The notes under the pieces were generated by a model. That model searched no databases. It saw nothing but the letters and a program-made list of their open reading frames with translations, and was not told the origin of the DNA. Positions 45,683 through 53,823 of a stretch of DNA of 64,000 bases are shown here, piece by piece. How positions within the stretch are numbered: the stretch's first letter is position 1; each line of letters starts with the position of its first letter. Source of the DNA: Tetramitus jugosus (Eukaryota > Protista > Heterolobosea). The translations under genes and the position numbers were made by a program. Location: contig OW569361.1 of assembly GCA_937625935.1 (NCBI GenBank), forward strand, positions 124,001 through 188,000. The letters run 5' to 3'.

Positions 45683-45755
45683 TTCACATCATTATTTGTT
45701 TTTGTATTTATCCCGACATTTTCATCCCCGGAAAATTAGAGTAAAAAAACGGTTT

Positions 45756-46046
45756 TTATGTTCTGGCAGGCGGAGATATCAAGATGACACTGTCTCCTCT
45801 CAAAAATAGCATGGGAATCTTTCTTTTCATCACTTGCACAGTTTCTTCGTTTGTGGCTGAGTTGAGCACTTTGTGTTGATAGGTTTCTTCCACATTTCCG
45901 AGCACCATGTTCAAATGTTGGTCATAAGCGTGCAGGGTGCCTCTGATTTCACGATCACCCTTCAATTTCACAAATACTCGTTCGTCAATGGCCAATCTGA
46001 TGAGATCAAATGGCTCATCAATGGAGCTATTCGTGTTCATTGCCAT
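45756..46046 (-). CDS. LSM3: U6 snRNA-associated Sm-like protein LSm3
   Basis: EPFDLIRLAIDERV.VKL.GDRE..G.LHAYDQHLNMVLG...MLFLRGDSVILISPP. Confidence 0.95.
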   Translation of the reverse strand: MAMNTNSSIDEPFDLIRLAIDERVFVKLKGDREIRGTLHAYDQHLNMVLGNVEETYQHKVLNSATNEETVQVMKRKIPMLFLRGDSVILISPPART

Positions 46047-46120
46047 TTTTTTCTGTTGTTCTCCTTTTTGTTTCTTTGGGCGCCAAAAAACATTCTCTTT
46101 GAGTCCGACTCAAAATATCG

Positions 46121-46193
46121 TGGAGGCGCCGGGAATCGAACCCAGGACCTCTTCCATGCTAAGGAAGCGCTCTACCAACTGAGCCACGCCCCC
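46121..46193 (-). tRNA. tRNA-Ala(AGC)
   Basis: Reverse complement GGGGGCGTGGCTCAGTTGGTAGAGCGCTTCCTTAGCATGGAAG...CGCCTCCA; G3:U70 pair present. Confidence 0.97.
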
Positions 46194-46371
46194 GATATAT
46201 TTTTAGTTTTTGGATAATTAGGTACGAAAGATCCAGTTCTCAAAAAATTGGTTTGTTAGAGTATGATGTTAGCAACGTCTCCGAGTGTTCATTTTGTTCG
46301 ATGTTCTTTTGTTTGTTACAAATCCTTTATGAATCCTTCAGGAGAACACGACAAGTAGAAACAGAAATAAA

Positions 46372-47463
46372 ATGCAATCGTCAACCCCACAAAATCGAGA
46401 TCTTCTCACTGATGATGAGCCGTACATTCGAATTACGTGTCATGGCATCTCCAATGATCACATCATCTCACTCAACAAACTAGCCATGTTTATCATGAGA
46501 TCCATGGATGCAACAACAATGACAACCACTGATCTGGTGGATCAGACCATGACTTCATCATTACCCTCTCGAACATTTACATTCTTCAAGCAGTATTATG
46601 TTGATAACAATCCAGACGTCGATTTTCTGCAATTGGATGAAAAAAGTGACATGTCGCGAACTCAAGAGGAAACCTCGACGTCGAGCAGAAAAAGCTCATT
46701 GGGCAGTGATGAAATTATTTATGAGCGAAGTGTCAATGAACCATTGTCCCAGTTAATGCGCAAGGACCAAAAGTTGGGTGAATCTGTTTCGAATGGCAAA
46801 TATGTTTTTGAGCGATTGTCTGACAGGAAATGCTGGAACTGTGAGAGTTCAGGTCACGAATTACCAGAGTGTCCTCATCCGATCAATAAGCGAATGATTG
46901 CGAAAAATAAGAGAGCATTTCTCGAGGAGAAAGCACGGTATAGCAACGTATCTAGTATGCGGTATTATGAGGCTTCTCTATCCTCATCGGACCGAGAATT
47001 GAAAGAGGATGATCGTAGTGCTCAATTGAAGCTTGATGGTACTGCCTCCCAAGCAAGTTCTTCCTTACCACCTGGACCTATAGTAATTAAGCCTCCTCCA
47101 GCACCTCCCACACTACAGAACCCTCCATTCTATTCGCTATCACAACCGCAACTAGGATCTCACAATGTCGCACCCTACTATCCTTACACGAACCAATATC
47201 CTACTTATTATCATCCAACCAGTTATTATCAACAAGATTATCAGACTCATCATACGAGCGCTTATCAATACACAACACACTATGCACCACCTCCGCCTCC
47301 GCCTCCACCTCCTCCGCCACCAAGTACTCCATACGCCCCTGAACTGCCGCCGCCAGTCTACTCATCCACAAGACTACTACCGGACTCCAGTGCGCAAATG
47401 AGCTCAACTTTTGGTAGTTTCATCCACGAAGACAACAATGAAAATGATGTCGAAATGGAATGA
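46372..47463 (+). CDS. ZCCHC8-like zinc-knuckle protein, Pro-rich C-terminus
   Basis: CWNCESSGHELPECPHP.N...I...K..F...RYY context matches the ZCCHC8 knuckle. Confidence 0.7.
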   Translation: MQSSTPQNRDLLTDDEPYIRITCHGISNDHIISLNKLAMFIMRSMDATTMTTTDLVDQTMTSSLPSRTFTFFKQYYVDNNPDVDFLQLDEKSDMSRTQEETSTSSRKSSLGSDEIIYERSVNEPLSQLMRKDQKLGESVSNGKYVFERLSDRKCWNCESSGHELPECPHPINKRMIAKNKRAFLEEKARYSNVSSMRYYEASLSSSDRELKEDDRSAQLKLDGTASQASSSLPPGPIVIKPPPAPPTLQNPPFYSLSQPQLGSHNVAPYYPYTNQYPTYYHPTSYYQQDYQTHHTSAYQYTTHYAPPPPPPPPPPPPSTPYAPELPPPVYSSTRLLPDSSAQMSSTFGSFIHEDNNENDVEME

Positions 47464-47601
47464 CTTGCAGAGTGAAGCTCTGTAGCTCGGGAGCTGACAC
47501 AAACCAAAAAAGGGGTTCGGAAGAAACTCGATTCCACAAAGCTGTCTCACCAAAACACAAAAAAACACGTGAAGCTAGCTTGCAATACTACGACTTCGAA
47601 G

Positions 47602-49068
47602 ATGTCACGCAATCACATGGTCCTATTCACCTTTTTGGTGATACTTATTCAAATGATGCAACTTTCTTTGGCTGCCGAACTTACTGGACATGTCATCTTC
47701 CAGAACAATACGAATCAGAGAGAGGAATACGCTCAGGCTCATCTGGATTGGAACCAAGGTGTGAAATTGAATGGTCCACTACCTCATATCATTGTGTTTG
47801 CTGAGACGGTTCAAGACGTATCGAATGCAGTTCTTTATTGCCTGGAATGGAATCTAAAGTTGGCTGTGCGAAGTGGAAGACACAGTTATGAGGCGTTCTC
47901 GGTTCAAGGAGATGTCATTTTGGATGTCACTCATTTGAAAATTAAGAGAATTGATCGTGAGAGACGGGTGGGCGTTTTTGGTGCAGGTAATCGCTTGATA
48001 GAAGTGTACAACGAGGTAATGAAGCAAGGATTTGTGTTTCCTGGAGGTACATGTCCCACTGTTTCACTTGCTGGATTCACATTGGGAGGTGGTTATGGGT
48101 TCCTAGCGAGAACATATGGTCTCGCTTGTGACAACTTGATTGCAATTGAGATAGTAACAAGCAAGGGCAATGTAATCATTGCTAATGCCACCAATGAATA
48201 CTCTGATCTCTTTTGGGCATGCCAAGGAGCAGGTAATGGCAATTTTGGAATCATAACATCTCTGACATATAGGCTGAATCCTGTTGAACCACAATATGTT
48301 ATCTATCAACTCTCTTGGCCCGATTGGAGCAACATCAAAGAAGCATTCAATTTTTGGCAGAGATTTGGACCAAATGCAGATCCTCGACTAACCTCCCAAT
48401 TCACATTCTATCACACTTCATTCGCTTCTGCAGGTCAGTTTGTCGGTCCGAAGGAGGAGCTAGAGCGTATCATAAAGCCATTCAGTCAAATCGGGAATGC
48501 CGTGTTGAAGATAACTGAAATGACATATCATGATTCAGTTCTATTTTTCTCAGGTTGCGAGAATATGACCTACTGTCTTCAACAAGCAGACTGGAATCCC
48601 ATGTCAACCAGCCAACAAATGTGGAAAGGCAAGTCGACCTATGTCATGGAAGAACTCTCTTCTGAGGGAATAGATGTTCTCTTGCACTTCATGGGCTCGC
48701 ACTTCCAAAACTCGACGAATGGCTTTGCTGGTGTTCTAATTGACTCTCTAGGTGGAAAAATTGCTGATTTATCACCAACAGATACTGCATTCGTTCACAG
48801 GAGAGCCAAATTTCATATGCAAGGCATGATTTATTGGCTGCAAGACTCAGAGAGAACTGCTTCTCTGGGTTGGTTGTCATCGTTTTGGAATAGCTTGAAA
48901 CCTCATGTGTCTCCCTACTCCTACTTTAACTATTGTGATCTTGATGTTGAAGATTACATGAATGCTTACTATGGTCAAAATGTCCCTCGGCTTCGCAAAA
49001 TCAAGAGCAAGTATGATCCCATTCACTTTTTCCAGTATCCACAAGGAATATCAAGTTCCCTTGAATGA
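47602..49068 (+). CDS. Secreted FAD-linked oxidase, berberine-bridge-enzyme-like
   Basis: Signal peptide, RSGRHSYE, GTCPTVSLAG..LGGG.G, GAGNGNFGI, YFNY.D and YYGQN..RL..IK.KYDP. Confidence 0.93.
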   Translation: MSRNHMVLFTFLVILIQMMQLSLAAELTGHVIFQNNTNQREEYAQAHLDWNQGVKLNGPLPHIIVFAETVQDVSNAVLYCLEWNLKLAVRSGRHSYEAFSVQGDVILDVTHLKIKRIDRERRVGVFGAGNRLIEVYNEVMKQGFVFPGGTCPTVSLAGFTLGGGYGFLARTYGLACDNLIAIEIVTSKGNVIIANATNEYSDLFWACQGAGNGNFGIITSLTYRLNPVEPQYVIYQLSWPDWSNIKEAFNFWQRFGPNADPRLTSQFTFYHTSFASAGQFVGPKEELERIIKPFSQIGNAVLKITEMTYHDSVLFFSGCENMTYCLQQADWNPMSTSQQMWKGKSTYVMEELSSEGIDVLLHFMGSHFQNSTNGFAGVLIDSLGGKIADLSPTDTAFVHRRAKFHMQGMIYWLQDSERTASLGWLSSFWNSLKPHVSPYSYFNYCDLDVEDYMNAYYGQNVPRLRKIKSKYDPIHFFQYPQGISSSLE

Positions 49069-49585
49069 ATTTCTCCGATAATTGACATCTTGTCCTCTAA
49101 CTGTCACTTCTCTGTGCCCCACCACAGATCACAAATAACAAATCGCATCACCGAATTTTGTCTTGTTGCTCACCTCATATACCTGTTCGCCGGCGGACGC
49201 TTACTCGTATTGTACACACATCACGACCCTCCAATTTTCACTCTTTTTATACTATCTGACATCTAGCTGCCACACGTTCCACTTGGCTTTTTTAATCATC
49301 ACCAGTCAATCTGACACTGCAAAAAACCTTGGAACGAATCCATCCATTGCCCCACCATTCCATTGGATTGCCACAACAAGACGAACATCACCAAACCCAC
49401 ACCCAAAAACCCACACATAAACTTCCTCGAGAGCTCCAATATCAAGGGAGCAAATACCACCACCAACACAAGAGAATCGAGTGAAGGAGTACCTCTCTGG
49501 ACATTAACGTTAATACTCACAACAATAATAATAATCATAACGTTAGACATCAAAACGACCTTCCCAAACACATCATCTCAAGAAC

Positions 49586-52219
49586 ATGTCAACCATACGT
49601 GATAACTACATGCGCAACAACAACAACACATCATCGTTCACAGCCACATCAACTACCACTGGAGCTGCTCAACAACAACAACAAAACAACGATAGTAGCA
49701 CAAGGGCAAAAAAGTGGTTTGGTTCACTGAAGCGAAAAATGAAAAAATTGTTTCCTGTTGGAAGAGGTAGCAGCAATCGTGACTCCTTGTCGACCACTGA
49801 GAAGAGCAAGCGTCGTTCACGTCAGACACATAATGGAAGTGATACGGAGAGCACGAGCTTTAGGAGTAGCTATATGACTGATACGACGAGAGGATCGTCC
49901 ACTTGTATCTCACTGCAATACGCAAACTTGGAAACGGTAGCTCACCTTGGTTTCCTGTTGTCCACACAACCAAAGCACATGAATAACATGTTGATTCATT
50001 CGCAGCAACAACAGCTCCAAAGTCGATACCGACAGCTATCGCCGCGAACGCTCCGACAGTATCGACTACAGCTACTGGAGCAAGAATATTTAACGCGCGC
50101 TCTCAACACACAACTACCCCTCGAAGTTTTGGTGCGAATTTTGTCCTATGTGCCCGTTAGTTTACAACGATACGAATTGAGCCCTTCGCTGTCTCAGCAA
50201 CCACAGCACCATAGTTACGGTCGGGGAAAACACGCTGATCTCCTAGAGCTTTTGGTGCTTCAGTTTTTGTATGGCTATTTCAAGAGGGATCGTTCGCGAA
50301 CCATCTACTGTATTTTCCCCTGTGTATCCACAATGAACAACACTGGTCGTTTAGCAAATATCCAATCACAGCAGCAGCGATATTCAGCTCTAACGTCAAT
50401 GTCCACGAGACACACAACGACAGGTATTCAACACTTTTTTGAAGGAATGGTCACCAGTATTCAATACTTGAATCATGAGGCACTCATAGAACCGTTTAAG
50501 CCTTCTACGAGAAGCTCATTGCTGATCACACCGACTACTGCGTCTTCTCTGTCCATGTCCCTGTCCATGAACACCAAACAGTACTCATCCAGGCTTACGA
50601 GTACTGCGAACACATTGAATCACCTGAATAGCTACAACAATGGCAATTATCATCATTACCAAGGCCACAATTCTGTGTCAAATGCTGCCATACGCTCTCG
50701 AAACACCAAAAGACGCTACTCGAAACTCCTAAAGCACGTTTATCTTGAAGACAATAATGACATAGAGTCGGTAGACAACCATCACATGTGTGAATGGATG
50801 TTCCATCAGATCGAGTGTCGCGTATGGTCATCAATTCGAACGATTAGTATCAGCTTTGCATATGTCATACATCAGGATTTGTTGTTTCTGTTGTTGACTC
50901 AGTGCCCACGTCTGAAGAAGCTGCGTGCTCGTTTGTCACTTTCAATGGATCAAACAGCGTATCTCAATCAGCAGTTGGATAATGGCAGTGGTGCCAATGA
51001 GATCACCGAACACGGTCACAATCCATTTGGATACTTGAGTAATCATGATCAACTCAAGAGTTTAAATCTGTTGTTGCACCAGGTGAGTGATTACATGATG
51101 AGAGCACTATTGGATAATCGCAATTTGACCAGTGTAAAGATCAGGCTATATAATGGCAGAGGTGTCAGCACGATGGGTGATCAAAGCTCAAATCATATGA
51201 CCAGCGCCAGTTTTTGCACACTTCCCAATTTAACACACTTGACTGTGTTACATCTGGTCGATATACCCAATATCGGATCAGATGAGGCAACATGTAAATA
51301 CATTTCCCAATGTGCCAACATTCGATCCCTCAGATTTGTAAACTGTGGATTGAATGATGCCACCGTGCAATTAATTTTGCACAGCATACCACAACTCCAA
51401 GTTTTGGACGTGTCACATAATGAATTACTAACATCCAAGTCATTCCAGCAGGTCAGTAAGACAAACTTGATTGAGTTAGTGTTGAACAGTATCTCCCTCA
51501 ATGAGGATTTTATTTATGCTCTGTCATCGAGTGGTACAATACGAAGATTAACCATTAACGGAGTCGGACTCACAGACAGCGATGTTCGACTGTTGTTCGA
51601 CTTTAGACTTAATTTAACTCATTTCACTGTTTTTGGAACGAATAATTTGACGAACAACGGATTGAGGTTCATTAAGGATGGAGCTGAGAACATGTACCAC
51701 TTGTCCATATCCATCAGTGATGCAATCACACATCGTGGCATTCAATTCCTCGTGGAACACGAAAACTTAAGATCCTTGTCTGTGTTCAAGAATCCAAAAC
51801 AAGAATCAATTCCAGGAGTAGATCAGCTACTAAATAGCTCTAATTTAGAAATTTTGAATCTTAATAACATCAACGTGCAGCTCGAAGAAATCAATCATTT
51901 GGAGATATCGGATCAGAAGAACACTCAATTGAAAGAACTTCACATGCCAATGTGCAAACTAAATGACAAGATAACTGAAGTGATATTCTCTCACTGTATG
52001 TCGCTCAAAGTGTTTGGCGCTTCAATGCATCGGTGTGAGAATAAGGCTGATTGGAGTTTCAACATCGGAACAACGATTGCTCGCTTTTCTAACTCTATTG
52101 AAGAGCTGATCATCCATAATGAAACCAGTCGGTCTTTGAGCGGAGAAGGAAATAGAATAATATGGCAGAGAGTTTTCTTCCATCTATTGCCCAGCTTGCA
52201 ATTCATTAGAGTAGAGTAG
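49586..52219 (+). CDS. F-box / leucine-rich repeat protein
   Basis: QLPLEVLVRILSYV F-box; C-terminal cysteine-containing/RNI-like LRRs. Confidence 0.8.
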   Translation: MSTIRDNYMRNNNNTSSFTATSTTTGAAQQQQQNNDSSTRAKKWFGSLKRKMKKLFPVGRGSSNRDSLSTTEKSKRRSRQTHNGSDTESTSFRSSYMTDTTRGSSTCISLQYANLETVAHLGFLLSTQPKHMNNMLIHSQQQQLQSRYRQLSPRTLRQYRLQLLEQEYLTRALNTQLPLEVLVRILSYVPVSLQRYELSPSLSQQPQHHSYGRGKHADLLELLVLQFLYGYFKRDRSRTIYCIFPCVSTMNNTGRLANIQSQQQRYSALTSMSTRHTTTGIQHFFEGMVTSIQYLNHEALIEPFKPSTRSSLLITPTTASSLSMSLSMNTKQYSSRLTSTANTLNHLNSYNNGNYHHYQGHNSVSNAAIRSRNTKRRYSKLLKHVYLEDNNDIESVDNHHMCEWMFHQIECRVWSSIRTISISFAYVIHQDLLFLLLTQCPRLKKLRARLSLSMDQTAYLNQQLDNGSGANEITEHGHNPFGYLSNHDQLKSLNLLLHQVSDYMMRALLDNRNLTSVKIRLYNGRGVSTMGDQSSNHMTSASFCTLPNLTHLTVLHLVDIPNIGSDEATCKYISQCANIRSLRFVNCGLNDATVQLILHSIPQLQVLDVSHNELLTSKSFQQVSKTNLIELVLNSISLNEDFIYALSSSGTIRRLTINGVGLTDSDVRLLFDFRLNLTHFTVFGTNNLTNNGLRFIKDGAENMYHLSISISDAITHRGIQFLVEHENLRSLSVFKNPKQESIPGVDQLLNSSNLEILNLNNINVQLEEINHLEISDQKNTQLKELHMPMCKLNDKITEVIFSHCMSLKVFGASMHRCENKADWSFNIGTTIARFSNSIEELIIHNETSRSLSGEGNRIIWQRVFFHLLPSLQFIRVE

Positions 52220-52233
52220 CTAGCCAATAAATG

Positions 52234-53637
52234 TCATAAAAATAACGTTTTATGTCTGCAATGTTTGTGTGGAATACATCCTAACTTGTTGAACAAAATC
52301 ACTGCTTTTCCTGCCTTTCGGTGCCTCAGATGATAACAGAAATCATAATTGGCAATCAGATGGCTCTCTGCTTTCTGAGACGCATTCAAGATAGGTGCCT
52401 TCTCGCTCAAGTGGAACATGAACAGATCAAATTGGTTGTGGTTCACAAATTTGATGCACGTAACCTTTTCATCATCCTCTAACACCATTTTGATAGAGTT
52501 AGTTGAGTCCAGAGAAAAACCTGACCGAGAGAGCGCCACTGCAAAGTCGTCATCGTCCAGAAGGTTATGTCGCACTGGAAAAATCATTGGTCTCGTATCA
52601 AAGAATGGATTTCTCTTGAGACCATGCATGTCAGGTGTGTACTGTCTCACCAGCAAGGAATAAATCGGATCCAGCTCAAGTCCGATAATAGGCATGAGAT
52701 CCTCCAGGAAGCTTCTCTTTACGTCTGGCTCTACTCCTTGACACCTTGCCTTCCACTGCGCCCGATTCCACTGAGTAATAAATTTGACTAGCGTGGGAAG
52801 ATTACACCATTTTGCATGCTTTCGTGGTATGGCCTCAAACATGTCCGGATCACAAAGCTTTGGAATACAGAGTCCGCTTTCGTCTACCTCTATGAGATAA
52901 GGACCGACAATGAGAGTAGGAAATAGCTCCATGGGAGTTTCATATAGCTTTCCCATGTTCATCTCAAAATTGTACCCGAAATTTGTCATGCCCTCAAACA
53001 TGTTCAATGGTACCACAGGATTCAACACACTCTGCTGCAGAGTATGCTTTTGTCTTCTCTCCCTGAACACGATCTTCACCCATTCATGTTGAGAATACGT
53101 TACTTGATCAAGCAGAGACATCAGAGTATTAGACGCATGAACATTGTCTCTCCAATTGGCTACATAGTCATCCACTTCGAAAGTCAAACACTTTAAAACA
53201 ATTTGTTGATTGACATCATGCCTCAAATGAACAAATACATTGATTGCATTTTGAAGCTCCTTCTGAAGAGCATTATTCAGCTCTTTTGCAGACATGTCAA
53301 TATTGGCTTGAACAATAGCCTTCAAACCGAAAATCTTGTGAAGCAAATTGTTATCCTCCCAACTGGCATAGTGATACTCGAGAAAAGCAAGCAAAATTTT
53401 ATCCATGTTCAGTTCGTCCAGTTGCTTCACCGTGCTAATGAACTGATACCATTCCGAGTTGAGGCAATAAAATGACAAGCAATCGCGCCGATCAAGAAAC
53501 TGTAAAACATGGCAAATGACATCGGCTGGCAAAGAAACGGAGTTTTGTTGTATAAATAGGCATGGCGGTAAAGGTTTGGGGCAAGTTTTGGCGCCATTTC
53601 CTTCCTTTGAAGGATCTTTTGTGGATCGATTTCCCAT
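52234..53637 (-). CDS. F-box protein, possible N-myristoylation (MGNRST)
   Basis: SLPADVICHVLQFLD...LNSEWY F-box; first ATG at 53637. Confidence 0.75.
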   Translation of the reverse strand: MGNRSTKDPSKEGNGAKTCPKPLPPCLFIQQNSVSLPADVICHVLQFLDRRDCLSFYCLNSEWYQFISTVKQLDELNMDKILLAFLEYHYASWEDNNLLHKIFGLKAIVQANIDMSAKELNNALQKELQNAINVFVHLRHDVNQQIVLKCLTFEVDDYVANWRDNVHASNTLMSLLDQVTYSQHEWVKIVFRERRQKHTLQQSVLNPVVPLNMFEGMTNFGYNFEMNMGKLYETPMELFPTLIVGPYLIEVDESGLCIPKLCDPDMFEAIPRKHAKWCNLPTLVKFITQWNRAQWKARCQGVEPDVKRSFLEDLMPIIGLELDPIYSLLVRQYTPDMHGLKRNPFFDTRPMIFPVRHNLLDDDDFAVALSRSGFSLDSTNSIKMVLEDDEKVTCIKFVNHNQFDLFMFHLSEKAPILNASQKAESHLIANYDFCYHLRHRKAGKAVILFNKLGCIPHKHCRHKTLFL

Positions 53638-53823
53638 GCCAACAGTTATCTGTGTTGTTGTCAGCCGATTGTTTTGACTTTTTTGCTGCACTTGTTTTTC
53701 GACACGCTTGAATTGTTTGCAGGTGAAAGGTGATTGAACTCTTCCAGTGAAAAGACTGCCCTAAAAAATCAAGTTCGGATAAAACAAATACAAGAGAGTC
53801 CGATTGAACAACAAAACGAAAAC

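Noticed and set aside
49163-49602. Short ORFs upstream of the F-box/LRR gene
   Set aside because: Low-complexity CA-rich leader sequence with no protein features.
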